A stretch of 64,000 bases of DNA from Macrostomum hystrix (Eukaryota; Animalia; Platyhelminthes). The notes under the pieces were generated by a model. It had not been told where the DNA came from. It made no database searches and saw only the letters and a program-made list of their open reading frames with translations. The DNA lies in NCBI GenBank assembly GCA_950097015.1, contig CATNEN010000025.1:6634001-6698000 (forward strand), given 5' to 3'. Both the position numbers and the translations under genes were made by a program. Below are positions 37,438-62,997 of the stretch, in pieces; the first letter of the stretch is position 1; every line of letters starts with the position of its first letter.

Positions 37438-40196
37438 GATGGCCAGTTGGGACGCCAGTAGAGGCAGTGTGAGGAGTGCCAGTTGGGACGCCAGTAGAGG
37501 CAGTGTGAGGAGTGCCAGTTGGGACGCCAGTAGAGGCAGTGTGAGGAGTGCCAGTTGGGACGCCAGTAGAGGCAGTGTGAGGAGTGCCAGTTGGGACGCC
37601 AGTAGAGGCAGTGTGAGGAGTGCCAGTTGGGGCGCCAGTAGAGACAGTGTGAGGAGTGCCAGTTGGGACGCCAGTAGAGACAGTGTGAGGAGTGCCAGTT
37701 GGGACGCCAGTAGAGACAGTGTGAGGAGTGCCAGTTGGGGCGCCAGTAGAGACAGTGTGAGGAGTGCCAGTTGGGACGCCAGTAGAGACAGTGTGAGGAG
37801 TGCCAGTTGGGGCGCCAGTAGAGACAGTGTGAGGAGTGCCAGTTGGGACGCCAGTAGAGACAGTGTGAGGAGTGCCAGTTGGGGCGCCAGTAGAGACAGT
37901 GTGAGGAGTGCCAGTTGGGGCGCCAGTAGAGACAATGTGAGGAGTGCCAGTTGGGGCGCCAGTAGAGACAGTGTGAGGAGTGCCAGTTGGGGCGCCAGTA
38001 GAGACAGTGTGAGGAGTGCCAGTTGGGACGCCAGTAGAGGCAGTGTGAGGAGTGCCAGTTGGGGCGCCGTAGAGACAGTGTGAGGAGTGCCAGTTGGGGC
38101 GCCAGTAGAGACAGTGTGAGGAGTGCCAGTTGGGACGCCAGTAGAGACAGTGTGAGGAGTGCCAGTTGGGGCGCCAGTAGAGACAGTGTGAGGAGTGCCA
38201 GTTGGGACGCCAGTAGAGACAGTGTGAGGAGTGCCAGTTGGGGCGCCAGTAGAGACAGTGTGAGGAGTGCCAGTTGGGGCGCCAGTAGAGACAATGTGAG
38301 GAGTGCCAGTTGGGGCGCCAGTAGAGACAGTGTGAGGAGTGCCAGTTGGGGCGCCAGTAGAGACAATGTGAGGAGTGCCAGTTGGGACGCCAGTATATGA
38401 AGTGTGAGGATTGCCAGTTGGGACGCCAGTAGAGACAGTGTGAGGATTGCCAGTTGGGACGCCAGTAGAGACAGTGTGAGGAGTGCCAGTTGGGGCGCCA
38501 GTAGAGACAGTGTGAGGAGTGCCAGTTGGGACGCCAGTAGAGACAGTGTGAGGAGTGCCAGTTGGGGCGCCAGTAGAGACAGTGTGAGGAGTGCCAGTTG
38601 GGGCGCCAGTAGAGACAGTGTGAGGAGTGCCAGTTGGGACGCCAGTAGAGACAGTGTGAGGAGTGCCAGTTGGGACGCCAGTAGAGACAGTGTGAGGAGT
38701 GCCAGTTGGGGCGCCAGTAGAGACAGTGTGAGGAGTGCCAGTTGGGGCGCCAGTAGAGACAGTGTGAGGAGTGCCAGTTGGGGCGCCAGTAGAGACAGTG
38801 TGAGGAGTGCCAGTTGGGACGCCAGTAGAGACAGTGTGAGGAGTGCCAGTTGGGACGCCAGTAGAGGCAGTGTGAGGAGTGCCAGTTGGGGCGCCAGTAG
38901 AGACAGTGTGAGGAGTGCCAGTTGGGGCGCCAGTAGAGACAGTGTGAGGAGTGCCAGTTGGGACGCCAGTAGAGACAGTGTGAGGAGTGCCAGTTGGGAC
39001 GCCAGTAGAGACAGTGTGAGGAGTGCCAGTTGGGGCGCCAGTAGAGACAGTGTGAGGAGTGCCAGTTGGGGCGCCAGTAGAGACAGTGTGAGGAGTGCCA
39101 GTTGGGGCGCCAGTAGAGACAGTGTGAGGAGTGCCAGTTGGGGCGCCAGTAGAGACAGTGTGAGGAGTGCCAGTTGGGACGCCAGTAGAGACAGTGTGAG
39201 GAGTGCCAGTTGGGACGCCAGTAGAGACAGTGTGAGGAGTGCCAGTTGGGGCGCCAGTAGAGACAGTGTGAGGAGTGCCAGTTGGGGCGCCAGTAGAGAC
39301 AGTGTGAGGAGTGCCAGTTGGGGCGCCAGTAGAGACAGTGTGAGGAGTGCCAGTTGGGGCGCCGTAGAGACAGTGTGAGGAGTGCCAGTTGGGGCGCCAG
39401 TAGAGACAGTGTGAGGAGTGCCAGTTGGGGCGCCAGTAGAGACAGTGTGAGGAGTGCCAGTTGGGGCGCCAGTAGAGACAGTGTGAGGAGTGCCAGTTGG
39501 GACGCCAGTAGAGACAATGTGAGGAGTGCCAGTTGGGGCGCCAGTAGAGACAGTGTGAGGAGTGCCAGTTGGGGCGCCAGTAGAGACAGTGTGAGGAGTG
39601 CCAGTTGGGGCGCCGTAGAGACAGTGTGAGGAGTGCCAGTTGGGGCGCCAGTAGAGACAGTGTGAGGAGTGCCAGTTGGGGCGCCAGTAGAGACAGTGTG
39701 AGGAGTGCCAGTTGGGGCGCCAGTAGAGACAGTGTGAGGAGTGCCAGTTGGGGCGCCAGTAGAGACAATGTGAGGAGTGCCAGTTGGGGCGCCAGTAGAG
39801 ACAGTGTGAGGAGTGCCAGTTGGGGCGCCAGTAGAGACAGTGTGAGGAGTGCCAGTTGGGGCGCCAGTAGAGACAGTGTGAGGAGTGCCAGTTGGGGCGC
39901 CAGTAGAGACAGTGTGAGGAGTGCCAGTTGGGGCGCCAGTAGAGACAGTGTGAGGAGTGCCAGTTGGGACGCCAGTAGAGACAGTGTGAGGAGTGCCAGT
40001 TGGGACGCCAGTAGAGACAGTGTGAGGATTGCCAGTTGGGACGCCAGTAGAGACAGTGTGAGGAGTGCCACTTGGGGCGCCGTAGAGACAGTGTGAGGAG
40101 TGCCAGTTGGGGCGCCAGTAGAGACAGTGTGAGGAATGCCAGTTGGGACGCCAGTAGAGACAGTGTGAGGAGTGCCAGTTGGGGGCCAGTAGACAG
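37438..40196. repeat. 36-bp minisatellite, about 77 copies, just downstream of the groucho stop codon
   Basis: Unit GCCAGTTGGG(G/A)CGCCAGTAGAGACAGTGTGAGGAGT. Confidence 0.96.
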
Positions 40197-40315
40197 TGAG
40201 AATAGATTTTTAAAGAGCCAGTTAATCAGCCTAAGCTATATCATAGGTTCAGACGACCCACAAGTCATTCCAATGGCCAGTTGTGCGCTGTTATTCAAGT
40301 GACTTGTGCAACTTC

Positions 40316-52622
<12,307 letters not shown>

Positions 52623-54440
52623 TTTATCCCGAATTTTTGAGTCCTTATCAGCGCATGCTTTTTTCATGAAGACTTTAAAGCATATTAAGCCAGTACTGGC
52701 TCAATAAAAGAAAATCTCAAAAGATATATGCTTTTACAGAACGCAAGTATTAAAAAGTTATTGTTCAGTTTGTAGCAGGTCTTAGTAGATTATCGAATTA
52801 GAATAAGTAACGAATAATCTATGGAGCTAACGTGCTTCGTCGTCAACGTTGTCTTCGCAATGAGATGTCTGACAGTGTCACAAGGCAAGTGCGTCCAGCT
52901 GTTCAATTTGTTAAAACAGCTGTTTTTATCGCAGAACTTATTAATTAAAAAGGAAGTCTTTTTTGACTTCTTTCTAAATAAAATGAAGATTAAGTTGAAT
53001 TTTATGACTCTTTGCACATTTCTTGTGATATTAACTTTTTTAATTTGTTTGTTCCTTCTTCAAAAGTACTTGTAAACCCGGAGTTCTGAGTCCAACTGGC
53101 AACTGGAGCTGTTTGGTGGCAAAACCCCATATGACCATGAGTGTCATAATTCTAAAAGATTCTTATTAAAATATATAATTTAGAATGCTCAAATTAGCAT
53201 TATGAAGCTTAAAATTAGGTTAGCTTTGTAAACGTTAAATGTTTTCTTATCCTTAACAATTGACAAGTTTAGCGACATAACAGTTTAGATGTAGAGTAGC
53301 GTTGCAACAATAATCAAACTAGCTAAATTGATTTTTAGTGTGTTGAAATTGTATTTTCGACACAATTTTTACACAATCACTTAAAAGCAGATAACTACCA
53401 GAGTGCTATTCTTTGGCTTTACACAAGTTAAGTATAAGCAAAATAAGTAGAAAGTAGACAGCTTGCTTAATCAATTGTAGCAGGCCAGCCAGCATAATCT
53501 TAGGCTAGTTTACTGAGTTGTTGAATCATTTTCACATTTTTTACTTTTTAAGCAACCATTAATCATAATGTTTCATGATTGCTGCAACCAAAGCTACTCT
53601 ATAGACACAAAATTGTTGAACCCAAGAAACCCAGAGAACCACACAAACAGACACTATTCAGGGCAGGGGTCTTGGGCCCAAATCAAGGCTTAAATAAGGT
53701 TGATATATGGCTCCTGCAATGCCCTGTTTGAGAGCTACATGAATAATTTGATGTTGAGTAGCTGCAGGGCAAGGTTTGTGATTTGGCCCACAGACACAAA
53801 CAATCTGGTCAGCACCCTGGCCACCCACATCAGTGCCAAAACTGACAAGCTCAGTGTATAGGACTAAGTCCTCTGTTGCTTTGAGACTTCATTGCAGGTG
53901 CACACTGTTCACGTGCTAGGCCTATTATTGTTGCACACTAGTGTTCCTTAGTTGGCATCAGCAGGCTGTTTCTTATCTGCTGACTTCTCTTCATAAATAA
54001 AATTATTTTTTTCAAACATTGAACAAATATGTTGCACTGCATTCATAATATTTTTATTTGAGAAGTGAAACAGTATATTTAAAATAATATTGTTTTTATG
54101 TTTTACCTAGGCCTTATTCTGCTAAAGCTTGATCTAATGTATTTTTAACCATAGTTCATTGTAGATAGTAATACTTATCATCAGCATCTTTTATAACTGC
54201 TAGCTAATTAGTGTATAAAAACTTGTAGTGCAGCAAAAGTATTTAAAGTGTCCACATTTTTGCCCTGGGGTCCTTTAAGTGTTTTAAAGTTCTTACTCTA
54301 ATTTTGATTGCATAAGATATGTAAGGACTTATTTAAGATATCTCATTATGCATGCTCACATTCATTACCGTAGCTGTGTTTACTATAACTTTACTATACT
54401 TGACATACTGACAGTATCATATGTTCTTACAGCTAAACTC

Positions 54441-55818
54441 ATGGCAGGCAATTTCTGGCAGAGCTCACACTATCAAGAGTGGCTACTAGACAAGCAGTAT
54501 GTGGACCTGTACAGAGGCGAGGATCTGAAATTCCTAACAGAGGAAGAGTATCAGAAGATAATGATCTTCTTTGCCAATTTCATTCAGGCAATTGGTGAGA
54601 AGCTGGTAGTTCGCCAGCAGGTCATTGCCACTGCTACAATTTATTTTAAACGATTCTACGCCCGCTATTCACTGCGCTGCGTTGATCCGTGGCTGCTGTG
54701 TCCCACAGCTCTGTTCCTGGCCTCCAAGGTTGAAGAATTCGGTGTTCTATCTAATAAGGGCCTGTTCGCAATGTGCCAGTCCATTGTTAAGAGCAAATAT
54801 TTGCATCTGCTGCCAGAGCAGGATTTCCCAATCTCGGTGATTAGCATACAGGAGTGCGAGTTCTTGCTGCTGGAAGTGCTAGACTGCAGCCTGGTTGTGT
54901 ATCATCCGTACCGCTCCCTGGCGCTCTTCATCGAGGACCTGCAGACTCAGGACTCGTCCTTTGGCCAGGTTTGGACACATTTTTCACTCCCGAGTCTCAG
55001 GACTGCATAACTAGCTCTGGGGTCTCCAAACTGCAGTCAGCTGCCCGCAATGCTCCTGAATCTAGCCCTCTAGTCCTTTGCTTCTACAACCTCTACACTT
55101 TCTATCTCTCCCGTGGCTCCTCTCTCCCGTGTCTCATCTCTCCCATGTCTCATCTCTCCCGTGTCATATCTCCCGCGGCTTCTCTCTCCCGTGTCTCATC
55201 TCTCCCGTGTCATATCTCCCGCGTCTCCTCTCTCCCGTGTCTCATATCTCCCGCGTCTCCTCTCTCCCGTGTCTCATATCTCCCGTGTCTCATCTCTCCC
55301 GTGGCTCCTCTCTCCCATGTCATCTCTGCCGTGTCTCATCTCTCCCATGTCTCATCTCTCCCGTGTCTCATCTCCATCCTGACTCTTGCCTCCTAAGGTT
55401 CGGAGGTTCGAATCCCCGGCGAGGCACTTTTATCTGGCAACGCTGTCACGGTGGAGAATGCTTAAATTCCAGGATCCAATAAGAGCTCTAGGTACTCTTG
55501 CATTTACAGGAGGTCTTCCCGGTGGCCTGGAAGGTCATCAACGACAGCCTTCGCACAGACGCCTGCCTGCACTACCCGCCCTACCTGATCGCGCTGGCCG
55601 GCATTCACATCGCCTGCCTGATCTGCGGCAAGGACGCACAGGCTTGGTTCGCCGAGCTGTCCGTTGATTTGGACAAAGTGCTGGAGATTGTGCGCCTGCT
55701 GCTCAATCTGTACGAATTGTTGAAAAGCTTCGACGAGCGTAGCCAGATGTCGGCCATCATGGAGAAGATGCCGAAACCGAAGCAGGATTCAACAACAGAG
55801 GGCGACGGTCAGTCTTGA
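54441..55818 (+). CDS. CCNC: Cyclin C (Mediator CDK8 module), 278 aa
   Basis: Exons 54441-54968 and 55510-55818, phase-0 GT-AG intron. MAGNFWQSSHY..WLLDKQ, RQQVIATATIYFKRFYARYSL, FLASKVEEFG, ECEFLLLEVLDCSLVVYHPYR, AWKVINDSLRTD..L.YPPYLIALA and WFAELSVD are diagnostic. Confidence 0.97.
55103..55375. repeat. CT-rich 16-18 bp minisatellite (cyclin C intron)
   Basis: CTCTCCCGTGTCTCAT-like units. Confidence 0.88.
55381..55426 (+). other. tRNA-like T-arm/B-box fragment in the cyclin C intron
   Basis: AAGGTTCGGAGGTTCGAATCCCCGG contains the Pol III B-box GGTTCGAATCC; the 5' half is missing and a minisatellite sits in its place. Confidence 0.4.
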
Positions 55819-56805
55819 GCAATCACTGAAAGGATCAGGACTATTTGCTCCTCATTCATTTTTGTTATATTTGTGCAGTACATTTTTAATTATATAATCC
55901 CAATGTTGTTATTTCAAGTAGTTGTACGAATGCGATATTTGGTTTAATTCTTCGGAGGAAAAGTTTGAATTTATCAAAGTTTTACAAAGTTTTTTGTTTG
56001 TTTTATTTAAATCTTTTTTCCGAATCTGAATTAGTGTTTGCACTTGTAAATAGTTTTCCGCCTGTCCACTGTCTTTCTTAATTTTGTTGTTAACTGTTCC
56101 AGTAAAGGTGTTTATTATTTGCTTTTTAGATTATTGGGCATTGGAGAGATTATCCCTATGATTAATTGGATTATCCCAACGATATTTAATGGATTAAGGA
56201 TATTAAGGACTATGTATATTGTATCAATGGTAATCGGGGATAACTATAATGATTCATAGATTATCGCGATGGTTAATTAGATTATCCCCAAATATGAGTG
56301 TATCCCTTGGATTATCGGACTAATATCTCCAATAAGGATTAACTCTGAATGATGCAGTAAACTCAAGCTAAACTCAATTTCCTATTCTAGCTTGTCTTGT
56401 TCATACAATTAGCTGAACCCATAACATGACTACTATTGCTACTACTGATTTAAATGTTGCACTGAATTGAACTAACTTTGTTTTAAAAATACACTCACCT
56501 GTCATAAATGTTACAGCATTTTATTTTTAGGGCCAGTCCTGTAGGCGAAATGATCATGGATAGTTTTTCTGTTTGACTTGCTTATTGTATTTTGATGTCT
56601 GTCGATTTGCACTGCTTCTTGCTAACTATGCTTGCTACTTATAGTAGGAACTTAAGGTCAAGTACAGGTTTAGGCTGCTGTAATTCCACTGGGGTTCATT
56701 ATTTATCCCTTATCAGATACGTTTATTCGTTTATCTCGCATCCACTTATCCGACCAGATCACATCTCAAATCTGATTACCAGTTGACCCCCGAGTTTCTT
56801 TCCGC

Positions 56806-57250
56806 ACTCCATCAGATCCCATGCGCACTCCATCAGATCCCATCCGCACTCCATCAGATCCCATGCGCACTCCATCAGATCCCATGCGCACTCCATCAGA
56901 TCCCATGCGCACTCCATCAGATCCCATGCGCACTCTATCAGATCCCATGCGCACTTCCTATCAGATCCCATGCGCACTCTATCAGATCCCATGCGCATTC
57001 CATCAGATCCCATGCGCACTCTATCAGATCCCATGCGCATTCCATCAGATCCCATGCGCATTCCATCAGATCCCATGCGCACTCTATCAGATCCCATGCG
57101 CACTCTATCAGATCCCATGCGCACTCTATCAGATCCCATGCGCACTCTATCAGATTCCATGCGCACTCTATCAGACACCATGCACATTCCATCAGATCCC
57201 ATGCACATTCCATCAGATCCCATGCGCATTCCATCAGATCCCATGCGCAC
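56806..57250. repeat. 21-bp minisatellite, about 21 copies
   Basis: Unit CATCAGATCCCATGCGCACTC. Confidence 0.93.
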
Positions 57251-57989
57251 TCAAATATTTCTGTACTCACCTGTGCACCATTATACTTTTATTCCTGTTA
57301 CCCTTCTTTTAAGTCTGTTGTTGCAACCCACTGATGCGATAAATGCCAGGTATTTTCAAAGCAATGCGAAACTGGATTCCACCGTCACCTGTCAATCATA
57401 GTACTACTATTACTAGAGACTTGCCATATCATGTACCCACGTTCCATACATGTTGATATGCTTTTTTTTCAACTGCCTCGATTAGTACAAGCAGGACGAT
57501 AACAAAATAACTTTAATAATTCTACGCGCTGTTATGCACAGAGTATATGCGTGGTTTAGCAGGTACCGCGTGGGAGTGTTCTCAGCTGCTTTGAGAATAC
57601 CCTGTGATGTGGCAAAGGCTGTGTTTAAGACACTTCATTATTGACATGTCTTCTCATATTCTCCACTAGGGATGGTTGATATCCCATACCGAAGATTAAA
57701 TATCCCAATTCTTCCCATTTCTCTTTTTTTCTTTCAAATCAAAAAGCGACTTCATTGCACGAATGCGCAAGTATTTATAAAATTGCAACACGACTCTGCC
57801 TTTAGGCTTGCTGAAATAATCTGACTAACAATTTGAGGGCTAGTTTTTTGTTTATCCTCTAGAGGTAAAATAAGCAACAATCAATATTGTTCATTGCGTG
57901 AGAGCATGTTTCAGAACATCAAAGATTGCTTTCAATTGTACTGCATCATTATCCCTATGTATGAAAAATACTGATACGACTCAAACTGC

Positions 57990-58170
57990 GGTTCTAACTG
58001 TACTGCTGTTGCGATTCTAGCTGTACTACTCCTGCTACGATTCTAAGTGTACTACTCCTGCTACGATTCTAGGTGTGCTCCTGCTGCGATTCTAGCTGTA
58101 CTGCTCCTGCTGCGATTCTAGCTGTTACAACTCCTGCTTCGATTCTACCTGTACTGCTCCTGCTGCTGTG
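57990..58170. repeat. About 26-bp degenerate minisatellite
   Basis: CTGTACTACTCCTGCTACGATTCTAG-like units. Confidence 0.8.
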
Positions 58171-58499
58171 ATACAGTTCAATGCCCTCCAGCTGCCATTC
58201 TAGCTAAAGTGCGTTCTTAAAGCGTCCAACTTAATCGGGTACTGTTGTTCAAATATAAGCACAATGTCAAGCCTACATTATGATCCTGTGTTGGAAGCTT
58301 CATGCTATTTGGTTGAGTTTGGGGGAGAATTCGAAGGATCCTCCTTCAATCACTCAGAAAGTTCTATTTATCGAGCTAATGAACGAAAAAAAGCGCAACA
58401 TCATTTTGTAACTCATTTGCAATCAATGGAGAGTTGTCATGCCTATGCTAATGAATAGGATTTGCCAAAAAATAGATTGTCACTTATCTTTCCAAGCTT

Positions 58500-58665
58500 C
58501 CTTTAGCCAATCAGAGCCAAGTGTTTGTTAGCGCTACATTTCTATCTGGCCAATCAGCGTTGAGCTACTCGTCTAGCGAATAGGTCGTGGGTTGGTTCTA
58601 GGCTAGAGAATGTACATACGCTCGTACGTGTTTATGAGTACATAGAGTGTGAGCCAATCAGCATC
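58500..58665 (+). promoter_or_regulatory. Cluster of three CCAAT (NF-Y-type) boxes, promoter-like
   Basis: GCCAATCAG with CCAAT at 58507, 58550 and 58654; no associated gene identified. Confidence 0.35.
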
Positions 58666-58814
58666 GAGGATATGAGAGACAAAGATTGCGGCCTATATGA
58701 AGCTCAAAAACTTGAAACTAACGGAATAATTTTGCTGGTGAATTTAGGGATATCGATGCGTTGGGATCTCGGCAATTTGCGACCTCGAAGACTTGATATT
58801 TTAAGAAGTTGGAA

Positions 58815-59020
58815 TCTTAAGGAGTTGGGATCTCAAGGAGTTGGGCAAGGAGTTGGGATCTCAAGGAGTTGGGATCTCAAGGAGTTGGGATGTCAAGGAG
58901 TTGGGATCTCAAGGAGTTGGGATCTCAAGGAGTTGGGATCTCAAGGAGTTGGGTTCTCAAGGAGTTGGGATCTCAAGGAGTTGGGATCTCAAGGAGTTGG
59001 GATCTCGAAGAGTTGGGATC
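58815..59020. repeat. 16-bp minisatellite, about 13 copies
   Basis: Unit TCAAGGAGTTGGGATC. Confidence 0.9.
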
Positions 59021-59424
59021 TTAAAGATTTGCAATGTCGAAAAGTTGAGATCAGGGCGTGTAGGAATCTTGGTGACTTAGGGTGGTCCGTACGGCGTCAA
59101 AGCCATTTCTTCATTCCCTGTTTCTCTGCTAAACTCAGTGAGTTTTCAATGTCAACCTTATTAAGTTTCCTTTTGATTAGTGTACTAAATAGGTACGGAC
59201 TCGCCCTCGCCTCCTGCCTTCTGGGGCTGTGAGCGTGGATCGGCCGGAAATGAAACTCCGCAGTTATCGAGGCCACGGGGTACTGAAACATGCTGCCTTC
59301 AAGGGAGACGCAGGTGTAGAGATGCTGCAATGCCAAGCTTGGATTGCAGATCACAATGCAAAACCTAAGTGTACTTTGCACGCTGATGCAGAAATCATTT
59401 TATTTAATAGATACGAGGCTGAGA

Positions 59425-60488
59425 TGGATGGTAGAAGGGTGAGATTGAATCATAAAATGGTGAGATTGAAGGTAGAAGGGTGAGATTGAATCATAAAATG
59501 GTGAGATTGAAGGTAGAAGGGTGAGATTGAATCATAAAATGGTGAGATTGAAGGTAGAAGGGTGAGATTGAATCAAAAAATGGTGAGATTGAAGGTAGAA
59601 GGGTGAGATTGAAGATACAAGGGTGAGATTGAAGATGCAAGGGTGAGATTTAAGGTACAAGGGTGAGATTGAAGATACGAGGGTGAGATTTAAGGTACAA
59701 GGGTGAGATTGAAGATACGAGGGTGAGATTTAAGGTACAAGGGTGAGATTGAAGATACGAGGGTGAGATTGAAGGTACAAGGGTGAGATTGAAGATACGA
59801 GGGTGAGATTTAAGGTACAAGGGTGAGATTGAAGATACGAGGGTGAGATTGAAGATACTAGGGTGAGATTGAAGATACAAGGGTGAGATTGAAGGTACAA
59901 GGGTGAGATTGAAGATACAAGGGTGAGATTGAAGATACAAGGGTGAGATTGAAGATGCAATGGTGAGATTGAAGGTACAAGGGTGAGATTGAAGATACAA
60001 GGGTGAGATTGAAGGTACAAGGGTGAGATTGAAGATACAAGGGTGATATTGAAGATGCAAGGGTGAGATTGAAGGTACAAGGGTGAGATTGAAGGTGCAA
60101 GGGTGAGATTGAAGGTGCAAGGGTGAGATTGAAGATGCAAGGGTGAGATTGAAGATACAAGGGTGAGATTGAAGATACGAGGGTGAGATTGAAGATACGA
60201 GGGTGAGATTGAAGGTACAAGGGTGAGATTGAAGATACAAGGGTGAGATTGAAGATGCAAGGGTGAGATTGAAGGTACAAGGGTGAGATTGAAGATGCAA
60301 GGGTGAGATTGAAGATACAAAGGTGATATTGAAGATACAAGGGTGAGATTGAAGATGCAAGGGTGAGATTGAAGGTACAAGGGTGAGATTGAAGATGCAA
60401 GGGTGAGATTGAAGATACAAAGGTGAGATTGAAGATACAAGGGTGAGATTGAAGATGCAAGGGTGAGATTGAAGGTACAAGGGTGAGA
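59425..60488. repeat. 20-bp minisatellite, about 53 copies
   Basis: Unit GGGTGAGATTGAAG(AT/GT)(A/G)CAA. Confidence 0.94.
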
Positions 60489-60773
60489 GTTAAAATCCAA
60501 GTGTTTAGGAATATATTTATGCAAATCAGTGTATAATATAATACTTTTATTGCATTGCACTGCATTAAATATGTTTTTCACGCAGGAAACGAGAGTGTTT
60601 TGAACTGGTTAGGTTTATTTATATGTCATGCATGGAAGTGCCATATGATTTCATTCTAGTTAATCTTATTCGCGCAATAAGGCACGGAAGTGTACTGTGC
60701 AGGTGAAACAATATATCTAGATTGCACGAGAGAGGGTTGTCAGTGGAGAAAAGGTCACATATGTCAGTGGACA

Positions 60774-60807
<34 letters not shown>

Positions 60808-61369
60808 CTGCTGCTTTATCTGTCCATGCAACTGCAGCAGTTCGGTCACCACTGCTTGTGGCAGCAAGCTCTTCTTATTTAGTCAGTGTGACAAGTCGCG
60901 TCAATGCTTTAGGGAGGCTGGTTGGGGGAGATGATGCACTTTTCCTTGTCCCTTGCCACTTCTGTCCGCAGCCCTTCAGTGGGAGGAGTGAGGGGTGGGC
61001 AGACACGAAGGAGTGACCGCGGAGATCGTAGCTACTGGGCATCGTGGTGGCCAAGTCATGTTGAATTAATTTTTGCTCTCTTGGAGGCGAATCTGCACTT
61101 CGCTTCTTTTCAACGCCGCTTCTTCTTGGCCACCATGGTTGGGATTCTTTCGGGATAAGAATTCGGTCCTTGGGATCACCGGCTACTCTCCGTCGATCTA
61201 ATAGCCGCAGTCTAGTCCAGCGGTCTACCATTTCGCTTATCATTTCTAGAACAGAGAGAGTAAACTAAATGCGAGCATTCAATTTAGCATCTCGCTGCAT
61301 TGGGTGGATTTTAATTTGCTAATTAATTAACTTTGGACTTTCGTCTGTAGTATGATTGATTGACAACTG

Positions 61370-61668
61370 TGACAAGGCACTATACTTTTGTCTATGACTC
61401 TAACTTCTACGCTTTAGTATTCTCGGATCTTATTGTCTATGGCCCAAACTCGTACTCTTTACTATTCTCAGCTCTTATTGTCTATGGCCCAAACTCGCAC
61501 GCTTTAGTATTATATGTTCTTATTGTCTATGGCCCAAACTCGTACGCTTTAGTACTATATGTTCTTATTGTCTATGGCCCAAACTCGTACGCTTTAGTAC
61601 TATATGTTCTTATTGTCTATGGCCCAAACTCGTACGCTTTAGTATTATATTTTATTATTGTCTATGGC
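61370..61668. repeat. 45-bp minisatellite, about 6 copies
   Basis: Unit CTTATTGTCTATGGCCCAAACTCGTACGCTTTAGTATTATATGTT. Confidence 0.88.
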
Positions 61669-61907
61669 CCGCTGACTCTGCCAGTGCTGTCACTGCGTGC
61701 TATGTTGACAGAAGGCCATTTCGCCCATTGTAGGCACCGCGGGACTTGAGACACGGCAGACTAAGGGAGCGAGAAAAAAATACTTTTACTGTAGTTTTTT
61801 CGATCCTAACCTTATACCTTCCGCACCTCCAGCCCCAGAAAGCAGAGCTACTTTCGTGTGAGTATAATGCTAATCTGCTGGCTCTCTTTACTCTTAGCAG
61901 CGGCATG

Positions 61908-61940
<33 letters not shown>

Positions 61941-62471
61941 GCTTGCTTCGCTAACTAGCAATGCCTGCCTAGTCAACTCAGCTGCCCACCCCACCTCCGA
62001 CGTGGACCTCGGACTCCGCCCAAGGTCCCTCCCCGTCTCTCCTACTCTACTCTCGTCGCGCCCCACCCCCGTAACTTCTTCCCTGTCCAGAAGTCGCTCA
62101 GTAATCATATACTCGATTGACTGCCGTATTTTCGCCTCTCTGGTATCCGTATAGGGTGGGGGATCGGATAGCCGGGGACCCAAGGACTGCTGCAGTCAAC
62201 ATTTTTTCCCTATAAAAAATATAGGAGCAAAAGCAATCGAGAATAGACATGGATAGGTTGGGCCAGGAAAATTGCCAGATAACCTCCTCCCCCCGGATAA
62301 TAGGTTGCATCGGATTCTCCCCGGCTCCCTCTGTACACCCACCCTCGCCACTAGACCCCCACCCCAAGCTCATATCTCCCGCATTGAAAACGCAGAAAAT
62401 GTTTCTATTGGACACCAGGCCACCCAATGGATGACAGAATTTGTGCAACGAATCCGCGTTTTCGGCTCCGT

Positions 62472-62511
<40 letters not shown>

Positions 62512-62751
62512 CTCTGTCCCCAACACACACCCCAGCTGCAAACGTCCAACCCAAACCGACTCCACAAAAAAATCTGACTTCAAACACCGAAGGCAAGCTG
62601 ATTTGAGTAGACCATTTTATTAGGCATTTATAAAGGACGAAAATTATCTAAATCCTCTAAATCCACAGCAATATCCCAGACTCAGTGGAGTAGAATCTAC
62701 TCGCTCTGTGAGAAAGACAAATATATAAAATATAAAAATTATCATTTCGAG

Positions 62752-62809
62752 ATGGCATCGGCAAAACTGCCTGTCACTGAGGAGTCACTGACTGAAAGCG
62801 GCGAGACAG
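62752..62809 (+). CDS. Candidate first coding exon of an unidentified gene (MASAKLPVTEESLTESGET)
   Basis: ATG directly after tcatttcgag, 19 codons plus 1 nt, then a strong donor ACAG|GTGAGA. No downstream exon found in the window and no recognisable homology. Confidence 0.3.
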
Positions 62810-62997
62810 GTGAGAAATTTTAATCCCATTCTACGATATATTGATTTGACTGCGTTAAATTTACGATTGTAGTATTTTACGAATCGGGACCCAAGTTGAT
62901 AACTAAGATACTACTCAATACATTTAATATAGATAGATTATAAGTTGGTGCTGCTGCTGCTGCAGCAATCGCTCTCACAAGAGTTTTCGTATCAATA

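Noticed and set aside
37282-40096. 929-aa and other mucin-like ORFs (TGAPTGTPHTVS, WRPNWHSSHCLY, SASWGASRDSVR)
   Set aside because: A 36-bp array open in several frames on both strands, with no unique domain, credible start or splice support.
1-40196. CRISPR-like appearance of the 34-42 bp repeat arrays
   Set aside because: Units are head-to-tail with no unique spacers, no cas genes are present, and the context is eukaryotic introns.
56759-60581. Repeat ORFs at 56.8-57.4, 58.7-59.2 and 59.6-60.6 kb
   Set aside because: Minisatellite read-through.
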